Of a stretch of 64,000 bases of DNA, positions 24,522-37,767 are shown piece after piece. This DNA is from Anthoceros angustus. Lineage: Eukaryota; Plantae; Anthocerotophyta. Position 1 is the stretch's first letter, and every line of letters begins with the position of its first letter. A program made the translations under genes and the position numbers. Under the pieces are notes generated by a model that ran no database searches, was not told the DNA's origin, and saw only the letters and a program-made list of their open reading frames with translations. The stretch spans positions 186,001 to 250,000 of the forward strand of contig VJWM01000202.1 in NCBI GenBank assembly GCA_010909165.1. The letters run 5' to 3'.

Positions 24522-26894
24522 GGTTTCTCCACCACCTCACGCACGCACTCTCTCGCTTCTTCTTCCTCTACACACCAGCCCAGCTACTAATAGATGCAGG
24601 AAGCAGCATTCCACGCTGTGAAGCAAATTCCGCTCAGCGCCGAGATTGAAGCAAGCACAGGAGCACTGCAGCCCACCAAACCTCCAGGAATCCAGGCTGC
24701 CTGCCCGACTAATCAGCTCCAACCCGCGGATCTCATAGACTGCCCGGGCATCGCCCACCAACAGCGATGTAGACGATGAAGAAGAAGCCGAGCGCCTGTG
24801 CCCGACAATGCGGGAGGATCAGATCCGAGGCAGCGGGGGAGCGGTGGACAGGTGTCGATGAGGTGCCCGTGGCCATGGAGCCCGCAGCCGCAGAGACAAG
24901 TGGTGCTGCTGGAGTGTTCAGACGATAGCGATCGACACCAGCAGTTTCCGCTTCCCAGGTTTGGTCCCCTGCCTTGCTACTGGCCAAACGGTTGTACAAA
25001 ATGCTATTCCTGCTTACACCAAGCCTGCCCACTGCCCAGCTCTCCTCCAGGCTCCACACATAGTAACCTGCGCTGGTGTCAGCTGGACAGTGCGGTCCGA
25101 ACTTCCCAAGTCTTGTTACTGTGCAGATCGCGGGATCTGTCTCTACCTGCGTGCCGGGCCGCTGCGGTGTGTGACCCAGTTCCAACCAACTGCAGTGACA
25201 ATACACTACGAGGCCTGCATCAGAAAGCTCGCAAGCTCGGATCTTTGTCAGGCTGTGCTGTCTTCTTTCTGGGGAGTGGCGAGGCACCGAAGGAGGTGCA
25301 TCACAGTCAGGTGACGTAGTTGCACTTGTTTACTCATCTCCGGAATCCGGATCTGCTGCGGACAGGCCCGAGAGGCAGGTGTGACGCTGTCTGCTGCAGG
25401 TCTAGTTGACGATGGAGGACCTGGCACAGTTTCACACGCCAGGCTTTATGCATGTGCGGGATCAGGGAGATTCGACTGCGTGCTTCTGGACCGGATGTAT
25501 CTGCAGTCTTGCATTGTTTTTTCTTGTTCGTTGCAGTGTGAGCCGCTGATGTCCATCATCCGCCCCATGTCGAACAGGATCGGTGACGGAGGAAGGCTAC
25601 ACGGCTTCAGTCCTGATGGCAGCCGGTATCCGCAGATTCTAGGTCAGGAAGAAGGGACTATGGAAGCCCGAGGCGGTCAGTTACCTGTACGATCGGCAGC
25701 AGTAGCCCAGCGGGGCCAGCTGAGTGACCCTCACAGATGTGCGGTCACCGCTAGGCTACTGCTGCAGATCAGACAAAGTAAGTGATGTGGTGAGAGCAAA
25801 CGGGAAGGAGGGTCCGGGTGATCATACCATATCTTGGGAGAAGCATACTCAACTGAGGGCTGGGGCCGAGGGCCTCAAATAGGAGGAGGGGCTGTGAGTT
25901 GGTTGCTACCATGCTCACATAGCACGCCTTGGCATGCTCCAAGCGGCATGAAATCGTCTGGCAGCAAAGCCGGTCTCATCAGATGCGGGAAGTCTCGATA
26001 GTGGTGAGACTCATCAGAGGAAAGTATACTAAGCACCCTCCAAGGTGTGATCAGCTGGGACTTAAGTCAAGTCGAGAACTTCAGCAGTGTGCAGTCGGTT
26101 GTCCACAGGAGCCATATCATACACTGTGGATCAGATAGGCTTGTCGTATGAACAGGAAGTTGGGAGTCGCTAGAGCTTTCCCCGGAACTCCTGGGCATCT
26201 TCGTAGTCTGGCATTGTGTATGCACGATGAAGACATCTTGTCCTAGTTAAGAATCAATCATGGTGCACTGATTGGGAAGAGCACACGCGGCAAGTTGGAT
26301 ATGGTCAAGCCCTTGTTTCTTCGTTGTATGGACTTGGCTCCGGAGGAGAACTGGTCCTCTGCCCGCTTCCCTCTGAACTTCACTCGAAGCAGTGGTGGGC
26401 TCGTGGCTTGTCTTAGGGTCTGGATGCTCTCTTTATTCGCGTGGTAGGCTGTGCGTCTGGTAAGTAGACACCTCTGTGCAGGGTGACTCGCTCCCTGTCT
26501 CATGATTGTTCTCGCCCGCTCAGACTTTCTGTTCTCCTCGGGCTTATTTCTACAAAAGTCTGGTTCTCGAAAAAAAAAGCTGGCAGCTGGTAGTAATTGG
26601 TTTGTACAATATTCTACTACATCTAAGCTGCATTTTTTAATGAACTTTAAATATACTTGAAATATGTTTTCTGTGAACCTTCTCATAAATTCGATGTTTA
26701 AATATTATTATATTTTATTTAAACATGGATGTAAGAACTGGAGTGTAGGTGTCTTATATTTTATTAAAACACGGGTATAGGAGCATAGGTGTCTAAAACA
26801 CGGGTATAGGAGCATAGGTGTCTTCCGGATGTTAGGACTGTATCATGAGAATGAGGTCTATATCGCGGGAGGTAAGACTACACCATGGGAGTTA

Positions 26895-28190
26895 TCGGAC
26901 CAAATTCCTTCCAATGTGCAGCCCAAGGACTTGGCGCGGTGACAAGCATCCCTCCCCACCATGGGAGTTATCGGCCCAGATTCCTTCGAATGTGCAGCCC
27001 AAGGACTTGGCGCGGTGACAAGCATCCCTCCCTGTCGCTTTCACGGGCGCAGGTCTTTTGGCAATGGAGGCCTCGGCGCCAGCGGCTTTTCTAGGAAGCT
27101 GGGTCCTCTCGGCCCCAATTTTGGCATCTCGCTTACTTATCTGAGAGAGCAGCATTTTGGAGAATTTCGTCGCAGGAGTTGAGGAGGGGTGCTTCCCCCT
27201 CCAAGTGTCTCTAAAGTCGGCTAGGGACCTCTTACCCTCTCTGGCCATGCAGGCCATGCCTTCTTTTTCTTCGTTTCTCGCAGATGGGTTTCAGGGGTTG
27301 CAGGCTTCTCTCCAGGAGAAGCATTATGGGCAGGTGCTGCAGGGTCTTCTTCTGGATTCTTCTATTCCTCGTCCCACTAGAGCTCGCTTTTGCTCTTGCT
27401 CAGGGAAGGGTGCAGGTTCCTGGGCTCTTGGCCCGCCCTTACATCCAAGCGTTCTGAATCGCACCAGCTTCTTTTTCTACTGCGATGAGGTTTTGCCTCG
27501 GTCTAGTCCAACCACTAGCGTGTTCTCTTCCGGCCTGCTTCTGTGGGGCCTCCATCGATGACCTTGGGGCCCATTTAGTGTGTTGTTTAATGGGTGGACA
27601 ACGTATGCTTACACATGACACCGTTCGAGACGCCATGTTCTCGATGGCCAAGGAGAGCGGTTTCTTCCCTTTCAAGGAGCGGCAATATACTATGCTCAAT
27701 GGCGATCAAAGCTAACCTTTTCTTGATGCGGGGGACGAGGCCCATGCAGCAAGGTCACATTTTCATCCCCCTTGCCATTGAAACCCATGGGGCCCTGGGA
27801 AAGGTTTTTTCTCGTTTTATCAAGGAGTGCGCAACGGCCTACCACAACGACAGGGGCGGGGTTGGCCTCTCCCTTTCCAGTGTTGTGGCATATTTCAGGC
27901 AATGGGTTTTCATCGCCTTGCAAAGGGCATTGGCCAGCGCCATCTTTAGGATGATCACGAGTGCTGGAGACGCGGCATCAGCGGCACCAGTGGTAAATAG
28001 GCCCTTCCCTATCTCGGACGGCGACATCTTCGGGGCGGTTGGGGGTTATAGGGAAGATTAGTGTGGGGGCATGCCCCCCCTCCCCCCCCACTCCCCCTGG
28101 CCTGGTGCCCCGTTGTGGGTTGTCCCCTTTCGCCTCGGGGTAGATGGGATTTCTCATCTCGTTCTTTTTATAAAGTCTCCACATTATCAT
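26895..28190 (+). mobile_element. 5'-truncated CRE-like non-LTR retrotransposon copy with apparent TSD
   Basis: GNGGLG, zinc knuckle CFCGASIDDLGAHLVCC..GGQR..THDTVRD and FIPLAIETHG, with frameshifts. The 3' end is closely similar to 13895-14330. Flanked by CATGGGAGTTA at 26884-26894 and 28191-28201. Confidence 0.8.
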
Positions 28191-30264
28191 CATGGGAGTT
28201 AGGACTATAGCATTGGTGTTTCTTGTTTTTAGCATGGGTGTTAGGAGTGTAGTATGGGTGTTAGAGTGTAGCATGGGAATTAGGCCTTTAAGGGCAAGAG
28301 CTCAAAAGGCAAGACTTAAGAGGAATTGAACTCATTTAGATCAGGATCAGTTAATGTTACATTAAGATTTAAATTAAAATTAAATTGAACTATAAATATT
28401 TGATAGTTAAAGCATCTTAAAAAAAATAAGCATATGGTAGATAACAAATCTGAGAAACAAAATTTAAGTAAACGATAGTTAGAGCATCTGAGAAACAAAA
28501 AAGACCACATGTGAAGAACCTAAATAATGTGTATCCCGACCATGTAGCATCTTAAGGTTGCAGCAGTTTATTCCAAAAAGCGTTCGGACCAACACTTGCT
28601 ATGAAGGACCTAAAAGTTTTACTTGTTAGCGTGTGTGACAATATGAGCAAAGCTTATGGTTGTCCTCTAAATGTTTTATTGGATCTTAAATATGACCAAA
28701 GGTAGTCGGTGCAACAGGGCTGAAAGCGCACAACTTTGAGCAGGACTTTCCAAATCACCATTTCATCAAAAAAAAGAAAAAAACTTCCGCTATTATAGAA
28801 TTTAAGGCTGTTAGTATCTATGGTGCACAAGTAATAAAAAAATGCCCCATGAAGGGGACTAGAACTAGCATGTCTAGATCGTAGCACTTCTGTTGTCGCG
28901 ACATCTTCTCACGAAAGGTAGCAATGACAACACCAATTATAGGAGAGGTGCAACATTCTTTCACATATGTGGAAATTTAAGTAGTTTAAAGGTGGAAATG
29001 ATTTCTTCATTTTACAGCTAGTCATATTTTATTACTCCTCGGATGACAAGGTACTTAGGTTTAAAGAGTTCAAATACTTCTCTATCATCTAGAATAAAAC
29101 TGCCTAAAGAATCGCACTTTTTCCTTGCGGTGATAACTATGTGGTATATTAAATTATTCATATATCCGCAATTTTTTGCCCGTCGTTTGTCCCGTTCAAC
29201 GCAATCCTTGTTTTGGTTTTGGATTGCTCGTATCCCAGGTTTTGTCTGTAGGGTCCTTATTTTTATTATCAGCTTACCTTGTTTAATTTTTGTTTTTCAT
29301 AGTCTTTTATTATAGTAAGGCTCTTTGTGTTCTCTCCCTGTTTGTGAGAGATTTTGTTAGTTTCAAGAGCTTTCAATTGTGTATGGATGTACAAATCAGG
29401 AGCTTACTTAAGGCTGTATGCGTGGGAAAAGGATTTATGTTTATCGGTTTCCATCTTTACAAAAGCGTGCTATTCTTTCAATAGATCGTTCCGGGCGTGC
29501 AAAATTATCAAACAGCCACTTGTTGCCACAGCTGCATAGGTTGGATCATAGTTTTGCCCGTTTGACAAGTGGAGAGTAGCATGTGAAGTGGCGAGTGAAC
29601 ACCCAACTTGGATTGGCTTGATCTCCCTTGGATTAGGTTGGAATTTGAATTGTCTTGTTCCTTTATTGGGAATAAATTGTGCAATCACCCTCTAATTCCC
29701 ATGTCTAAGCAATATATAAATACATAGGCCTAATCTATAAAGAGACATTGCGAGCGCGGAGGATACATGACAAAAACCTATACCTGACATGTTTAGCTTC
29801 TTTAGTGATAGAAAACCTTTACATAGATAAGAATTGAAGCTTAAAATAGGTGGAAAGGGCCTGCAATAGCTTAAGAAAGATATGAATGGTCTCATCTACA
29901 TCAGACAATGTGAAAGAAAAACTCTCTGGCGTATCATAAGTTGAAGTACTACGCTCTTAGAAAATCCAATGTCTTATGGCAGCTACAAATTGTGGAAGTT
30001 AAATGTCAACTTTAACGATTTAGAAACGCCAACCTACCGTCGGGTTAGAAAAGAAGCATGTGTTGCATTCATTGGTGACCAAAAACTAGCACCTACACAG
30101 CTCTTTGGAAAAGCTAAATTTTTTGTTTCTCTTGACTTTTGAAAAATAATGGCTAAGCTGTAAGATTTAGAGTTTAGATCTTCCATGAACATAACATATA
30201 GTCGCCCAGTTACCAACCCGAAAGCACCAAAGACAACTAGCAACTTCCCGATGCCCGGAAGCCC

Positions 30265-30530
30265 CACCCCTAGTACACCGAAAACACCACTAGGGGAGAA
30301 GCAAGAGAAGGCACCAAGCTAACTCGTCTCGGGGGTCAAACGCAAGGCAATCCAAGAGAAGATGGAACGCCAAACGGGCATCATCATGAAGGTGTTGGGG
30401 AAGCCTGCGGAAGATGCGCGAGCATGGAAAGCGGGTTTCAAACATCCCAAGGATGTGATCTAGCTGACCCTGCAACCATTTCCCAGGAAGAAAGAGGGAC
30501 CCTGTGGCGCTACTTTTGCTGACGGCCAGC
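30265..30530 (-). mobile_element. CRE-like element fragment (region upstream of the RT domain)
   Basis: Translation IFRRLPQHLHDDARLAFHLLLDCLA...WCLLLLLP matches LFRRLPHQLQDDVRLPYRLPLERLA in the 15.2-15.4 kb part of the first copy. Confidence 0.65.
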
Positions 30531-33070
30531 CGGGCGTGCACCGGACCTGTGCCGTCGCAATATGGGGTCCGTTCCCAAGGAATGACTGATCCGTTTGCGA
30601 ACGTTTTCTACTCGATACCCTTCGTTGTCGATGCACGATCACTTACCCACGGTCACTTTTGACTCTACACGCCACCGCCCGCGGCTGCGGTTGAGCCACA
30701 CTTCCCGCCACGTCCCTGCTTCTTCCGTCTGGGGTGTGGCCAGCGTTTAAGGACCCGTTCTCGTCCGAAAGCCCTTCCTCCCTTCACTTACCACACTCAC
30801 TCCGTCTCTCCTACCACTCTTGCTCGCACCCAAGGTGCCTAGTTGAAGTTCACGGTCGGGTGTGTGTAGGCTGTAGACCTCTTCGTCGCGTCCACTAGGT
30901 CGTCCCGTCCAGGCTCTACACGCCTTTCTTGGAGTCCGGCTAATCGCGTCCACTCCGGTCCGCCGGCCGCCGAGCCTCTGCCCTGGAAGAGCAGGGATCC
31001 CGAGTCCTTCGCACCTGCACTCACCACCCTACGTTTAGGGTCCATCACCAGGACCTGGATCAGTCTCTCCAGAGTAGTCTACCTGCTCAGTGACTCGGGA
31101 CTCGCGTTAGCACTGGACACACAAGGGCCTGCAAATGTAACGCGGCATCCCCTGAAAGAAAGAGCCCTTTACTAGAATGGCAACCTCCCTTTTGTACTAC
31201 GTTCTGAGGGAGCGCCTTTATTACACCCCTAATTCATGCTAATGACCAGCTCACTATGCCCAAGCAAGTGGTTCTCCACTTTCGGCATTTCTCTACCTAC
31301 GTCTACGGTGGTGGGGCTGTGGTTGACTGCGATTTCCCCTTAGTGCTGGCAGCCCAATCCCGAGCTCTGGCACCTGCGGGGCACCCAATCGGATGATCCG
31401 TGACCCCCGGAGTCCCGCAGAGGCTCTTCCGCTACCCCTAATCCTATCGGGCTACGCCACTGGAGGTGGAGTGACAACTTCTGTTACCACTAAATCCTCC
31501 TCGCTGTCCACTGACGCGCTGGTGGGACCCGTTGCTCGGTCCGTCTGGAGCCCGCTCTTCCTGGGCTGGTCGAGGCTGACCCTCAACCCCCCTTACCTCT
31601 ACCCCCAAGGTCCGAACTACTGGGTTCGTTCCCTCGACCTGAGTCTGGACCTCGGGGTTCGTCCTCTCCTCCTAAGTCCGGACCTCGGGGTCGGTCCTCT
31701 CCTCCTGAGTCCGGACCTCGGGGTCGGTCCTCTCCTCCTGAGTCCGGTTTGCTGGACTCGGGTCTTCCACCAGCCTCCGGACGTCCAGGTCCGGAGCCTC
31801 TCCCAAGGGTCTGGCTTCCAAGCCCGGACCCACTCTCCCTTCATCCCCCTGCGTCGTTTCCTCCGGCGCTCTATCCCCTACCCCTTCCTCCGGGGCTCTC
31901 CTTTCCACGCCCTCCTCCGGAGCTCTCTCTTCTACGCCCCTCCCTTCAAGCGTTGGATGCGACGGACCTACCTCTGGTCTTGTCGCATCCGCCGCTCCAC
32001 CCTCCTCTAGCCGGCGTCCATTCTTTGGGTCCTCCTCGCTGCTGCTCTCGTCACCGAACAGGGCTCCCAGATTCCCTGTGGCTGCGCTCTCCCCTAGGCG
32101 TTTGTCTCTCCAGGCCCCCTCCGACTCCTCTGGCGGTCCTTCAATCTAAGCAGCTTGATATCGCTCCTCGCCTTCGAGCTCCGGCGTGATGTCAGCTAAG
32201 TCGAGTCGACACGGTGAATGGCCTCCTCCACATGGGCTCGGAGCACTCGATACTCCTGCCTCAAGAGATTCTCCGGTAGCTAGGCGTGCCTGGTCGCTTG
32301 TTACGCCGTTCCCATCGCGAGGTCGTCCAACCTGGTCATGGCCGCATCTCGTGAAGCCGTTAAGGTGGCTTCCGCCACCTCCTGGAGTCGTTGCTTCTCG
32401 TTGGCGCGTTCCTCCTGCTGCTGCTTTTGCAACTCTGCCAGCTTCCCGGCCATGGATTGGAGTTCTCCCTCTGCCTTCCGTAGGCGGATCAGCAGCTTCT
32501 GCTCCTCCCTCAACGCCCTTTCCTGCTCCGTCATTCTTCTTCAGGGCCGCCATGTCCTGCTCCAGCCGTCCAGGTAGTTCCGCCCGACGTCTAGTATTGT
32601 CCAGCTCTCTTTCAAGCTCGACGACGTCTTGCTCCTTGTTGCGCCAGCGACCTTCCTCCACCCTCAAGCAGAGCTGGAGTCGCTTTATCTCCCGCTCATG
32701 GTCTCCGATCCTCCCTTGGAGAAGCCCATTCCGTTCTTCTACTACCCGGAGTCGCAGCTCCAGAGTCTCCTTTTGACCTTCCACCTCCTGGCGCCCTCCT
32801 TCCATCTCCTGAAGCTGCAGCCGGAGATCTCCCAACTCCCTGTTTTGCACTTCCATTTCTTCGCCATGGGCCACGCGCCCTTGCTCTGTGGCCGCCTGCT
32901 CCATCTTCAGGCTTGCTGTGGCTGCTCCTGCTGCCTCCTCCATCGATTCCGATCCCGGTGGTAGTGGTCCCGGTCGGTCTTGGCTGTGGCCTCCGCCTCC
33001 CTCGCCTCCTTCAGCTGCGCCTCCAACGCTTGGCTCTTGCGCGCCGCTGCCAACTCCCTAGCTTCCTCCG
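30531..33070 (-). mobile_element. GC-rich degenerate element with frameshifted coiled-coil (gag/ORF1-like) coding remnants
   Basis: Glu/Arg/Gln-rich heptad ORFs 32146-32943 and 32301-32534 lie in different frames, with no splice structure, embedded in a TE island. The element class cannot be identified. Confidence 0.35.
31639..31748. repeat. 33 bp tandem repeat x3
   Basis: ctgagtccggacctcggggtcggtcctctcctc repeated; reads as the LLLSPDLGVGP repeat in the + ORF. Confidence 0.85.
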
Positions 33071-33524
33071 CTGTAGGACGATATCACGGTACCGTATATG
33101 TCATGGTAAATGTGTATAGTACGAAGGACGTATTGATAAGGGTATTTATGTGTGGTGGTATTGATGGACGTATTAGTAGTAACTACTAAGTAAAACATGG
33201 TATTCCATAGGGCAAAAGTAAAAGGGCAATGGTAGATGGGGAGGAGGTTTGGTACCAAGCCTAGAAAAGTGTAACAAGACCTTTTTTCGTAACATTTTAG
33301 ATGTTGCAATCTTGTTGATTTCCGAGCCAAAGTGTAACAGGGGCCCAAAAAGTGCTGCAACATGAGTATTACATCCAGTGGTCCAAATCGTAAAATAAAT
33401 TGTGACATAAGCAATTGAAACTCAAAGGAAACAATTATGGGGTACGTAAAATTTATAGAACCTGCAAAAAATTATATATTATTTTATTCATTATTCATTA
33501 TTATTATATATAAAATAGTTAGTG

Positions 33525-34060
33525 ACTTTATAAATATGCAGAGATTGGGAAGTCCCATCTACACCCGGGCTATGGAGAAGAGCCCTCTAGAGAATTCCAG
33601 CCCCCGGGGACTAGCGATGGAGAACAACCCTCTGGAGAGTCTCAAGCGAATAGTCTACTCTAAAGCTACTTACTGCTCCCAAGACATCAAAATCCGGAAT
33701 AAAGAAGGGCCTACTAACCACCGGAGCTGAAGATAGTATGTTCCCTGCGTTCGAAGGTATCTTGAAAATTGCGCTTGCCAATGTCCTTTACAGAGCAATG
33801 GATACTAGTTGTCAGAAGAAAGCCACCACACAGGAAAGAGGGAGACCTACCCCGTTCTTGCAAATGTGGTATGCTTTAGCACAAGCCTTGATAAACCTCG
33901 AAAAGTCCTTGCCCATGGCCCGAGTCTCAATGGCAAAAAGGATGAAAGCATAACCTTCGTGCATGGGTGTACTTGAGAACCTTGGCTGAAGTGCATCCCT
34001 CCGCCATGCATTGCGGAGGATTGATGATGACATGCTCCTTAATATACATAACATCTTAAA
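33525..34060 (-). mobile_element. Diverged CRE-like 3' fragment (RLE C-terminus plus 3' UTR)
   Basis: YAFILFAIETRAMGKDFSRFIKACAKAYH...GVGLPLSCVVAFF is homologous to the other copies. 3' hairpin at 33542-33560. Confidence 0.7.
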
Positions 34061-34904
34061 CATCGCTTTTAGACCGGCATCATTTTAGGACGATGCGTAA
34101 GAAACTCAAAAACGTTTTATTGTTGTAAAAGAAGGAATGAATTAAGAAGTACGGAATCTTCGTAAAGGAAGGCGGAGGACAGGCAACCGCCACGTTGGAT
34201 CAGCAGGGGTGTGTTGGGCTTTGCCCATTGGAGATGTTTGTTTTGTGAATTTGGAGCGGTGAGCGGCGCTGAATGACGATGGTGCTAAAAGCTAGAACAA
34301 CTAGAGAAGAGCAGCTGGATCAACGGCATCCGTGAAACGCAGCCAATCACGCTGATTACTCGATATGAGCTCTCGAAGTGATCACCTACAACTTGTACTC
34401 TTGTCTAGGGTGGTGGCTCGGAGTGGGGTTTAGCCCCTGACCATGGTGATTTAGGGTTTTAGCTCGGGTCCTGGAAGAAGCGCTTGCTTCCGGGGCACTC
34501 TTCCATTCAGCTGTCTCTCTTCATGCATTTCACTGCTTGAAGTTGCGTTTTCGATCGGCTGATTATCAAGGTCCACCGGGCGGCAGAGCTAGGTCCAGGA
34601 TTCAAGGGGCGCAATCGGGGCATTGGACTGTACTGCAGAGATCGGGATCGCTGGGATACAGAATTTTGCCTTACATTGACCGCGCTCTTGCTCAAGAGGT
34701 ATAGCGCTGCCGCTGAGGGAAGACGAGAGCGGACCAACCTGTTTGTTGTATCCTGTTCCGATGGGTGTTGTACGACTGAAGCAGGCTTTTGTGGACGATC
34801 TGGATCGGAATTCGTGAATGTGCAATTAGCCAAGCATGGTGGTGTAGCGAGCGCATTTAGGGCCGGTAACTGAGGGATCGTAGCTCTCCTGATCGCTGTC
34901 AAGG

Positions 34905-37767
34905 ATGGCGGCCTCCTCCGCTGTGAGAGGTCTTGCAGCTGCAATCGCCGCCACGCCTTTCATGCTCGGGAATTCGGCATTTGCAGAGAAGAGGACCCTT
35001 GCCGATGCATTTCCGTTTTTGTCTACAACGCCTCCGGTTGCGCCTGCATCAACACCTTCGGACGCGGCCACAGCCACACCAGCCGCGGCGCCTGAGAGGG
35101 AGGAACCAAGACCTAGAAATGACAATCCGAGGACCACGGCTGCTGGCTTTGACCCTGAAGCTCTCGAGAGAGGAGCTGCCGCTCTCAGGGAGATCAACAA
35201 ATCACCGAATGCCAAGAAGGTATGTTGAGCCGTAGTATCGGTCCTGTCTTGCGCTCCTGTCTTGGTGGTCATCGTGTTGTCGAGCGTTGAGGTCGTGACA
35301 CAGGCATGGTGCAAAATGTCAACACCCGCGGATGCAAATTTTTTCTGAGGAGAACTCTTCAAGTGGCCTCTAACAGCGCACTGTCGTTTCTGAGTAGGTT
35401 TTCGAGTTGATGAAGAAGCAGGAGGAAACCAGGCAATCCGAAGAAAATGCAAGGAGGGCTCAATTTTCAGCTATCCAAGCACAGCATGAAACGGTGGCCA
35501 TCTCCATCCTTCTGTTTAATGACAGGCAGTAATTCTGAGTTTGGCTCTATCGCAGGTCTTATCTGATTGGTCTCATTTTATTCTGCAAATGTGAATACAG
35601 GAACGACAGAAGGTTGTCCATGAAGAACAGAGGAAGACTATGCAGCAGCAGGCCCAAAATAAAGCTCAGCTTGCTCGATACGAGGATGAGCTTGCTCGCA
35701 AGCGCATGCAGGTATTAGGCAGATGCGGCTGCCTAATTTTGTCATGTGACTTCATGTGATGCGCTGGATTCTAAATTTATGTCTGATGTTCAGGCTGAAC
35801 ATGAAGCTCAACGACAGAGAAATTCGGAGCTGGTGAAGATGCAGGAGGAATCAAGCGTTCGTCAGGAGCAAGCCAGACGGAAAACTGAGGAACAAATCGC
35901 AGCGCAGCGAATCCAAACTGAGAGAGAGAGGGCCGAAATCGAGAGAGAAACAATCAGAGTACGTGCCATGGCAGAGGCTGAAGGTCGTGCTCGGGAGGCC
36001 AAGCTAGCTGAAGATGTGAACAGGAGATTGCTGCTGGAACGAGCCAACACTGAAAAGGAGAAGTGGTTGGCGGCTATAAACACTACCTTTGAGCACATTG
36101 GAGGTAATTGATTGCAGTTTGGCTTTTTGCTTTAGTATTCCGGGGTGCATCTGTCAGCCCTCTGGAGAGTAGGGGCGCAGTCATGGGATCGTAGATGCTG
36201 GTGTACTTGGTAGCAATTTTAGAAGTGTGAAGTTTGGGACATGGTTGAAGTGGAGAGAAGGGGAATAAGTTGCGCCATCTACTGTGCTTTGAAGGTGGAC
36301 TAAGGGCTCTGCTGACGGACCAAAACAAGCTAATTGTGGCCGTGGGGGGGGCAACAGCGCTTGCGGCAGGGGTTTACACAACGAGGTAGCTCCCGTGTCA
36401 CCTATCCAGGATTCGTTCTTTCCTGCAGGATCTGGTGGTTAGAAGCGGAGTCATGAACAATTCAATTGTTGCAGCGTTGTGATGTGAATCTTGTCTAACA
36501 TTTTGTGTTATGATATTCAGAGAGGGTGCTCGTGTAGTTTGGCGGCACATTGACCGTATATTGGGACAGCCGTCCTTGATTCGTGAGTCATCCAGAGGCA
36601 AGTATCCATGGTCACGTTGGACAACGCAGCTGAGTAGTACGCTGCTAGGAAGAGGTGCAGGTGATCTTATCAAGTCTGGGAAGGGGTTTGGCGGTGTGAT
36701 ACTGCATCCGTTCTTACACAAGCGAGTGCAACAGTTGGCAGCTGCAACAGCTAACACAAAGAAACATGATGCCCCTTTCCGGAACATGCTTTTCTATGGG
36801 CCACCGGGAACGGGGAAGACTATGGCAGCGAAGGAGCTTTCTAAGCAATCAGTGAGTATGCGTCGGAAGGCTATGGCCTTTTCCACCGGGGTTCGCAAGA
36901 AACTTAATCTTTTCGTCTGTTCGGTAACTCGCAGGGTTTGGACTATGCTCTGATGACAGGTGGAGATGTGGCTCCTCTGGGGCCTCAGGCAGTCACAAAG
37001 ATACACGAGATGTTTGAGTGGGCTGGGAAGACCCGAAATGGGTTGTTGCTTTTCATTGACGAGGCTGATGCGTTCCTATGCCAGTACGTGATGCTTTTGT
37101 TGCTTTCTTGCTCTACTTGTTTCAAATTGGCATCGGAATTGGAATCCGTTTGGCACTGCTTCGTTTGTTTGTTCACGTTATAAAGGATTTTAGGTCGTCA
37201 GGGAAAATCTGATTTCAGTTGATTCGCTGCAGGCGTAACAATACCAGGATGAGTGAGGCACAACGTAGTGCATTGAATGCTCTTCTTTACCGTACTGGAG
37301 ATCAGTCACGTGATATTGTCCTTGTTCTGGCCACAAATCGCCCAAGTGACCTCGACTCTGCCGTGACAGATCGGATTGACGAGGTGTTGGAATTCCCGCT
37401 TCCAAGGCAGGAAGAGCGTGAAAAGCTTTTCAAACTTTATTTACAGAGGTACATCGTTGAAGCAGGAAATGAAGTCAAGGGTTGGAAGCGTTTCTTCCGT
37501 GGTAAGCAGGCCAAAATTGAAGTGAAGGGGATCACTGATGAGTTAGTTGAAGAAGCTGCCAGAAAGACGGAAGGTTTTTCAGGTCGGGAAATTGCGAAGC
37601 TCATGGCGAGTATGCAGGGAGCAGTTTATGGGAGTGCAGAAAGTGTATTGGATGCTAATTTGTTCAGAGAAGTTGTGGACTACAAGGTTGCGGAGCACCA
37701 ACAGCGTAGGCAGATCGCAGCCGAGGGACAACAGTCTGATGGGGTAAAATTCGCGTCTGCATCTTGA
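34905..37767 (+). CDS. ATAD3: ATPase family AAA domain-containing protein 3 (mitochondrial), about 8 exons
   Basis: [18 protein letters not shown]-terminal motif, coiled coil, [13 protein letters not shown], Walker A GPPGTGKT, Walker [17 protein letters not shown] and [14 protein letters not shown] introns. Confidence 0.95.

Noticed and set aside
24777-26240. GC-rich stretch with splice-like signals divergent from the phosphorylase
   Set aside because: The exon joins I tried hit stops within about 100 codons and showed no recognisable domain. It may be a lncRNA or a decayed gene, but this cannot be supported.
33249-33262. TGGTACCAAGC as a possible LTR primer-binding site
   Set aside because: Only a partial match to the tRNA-Met PBS, and no LTR pair was found.
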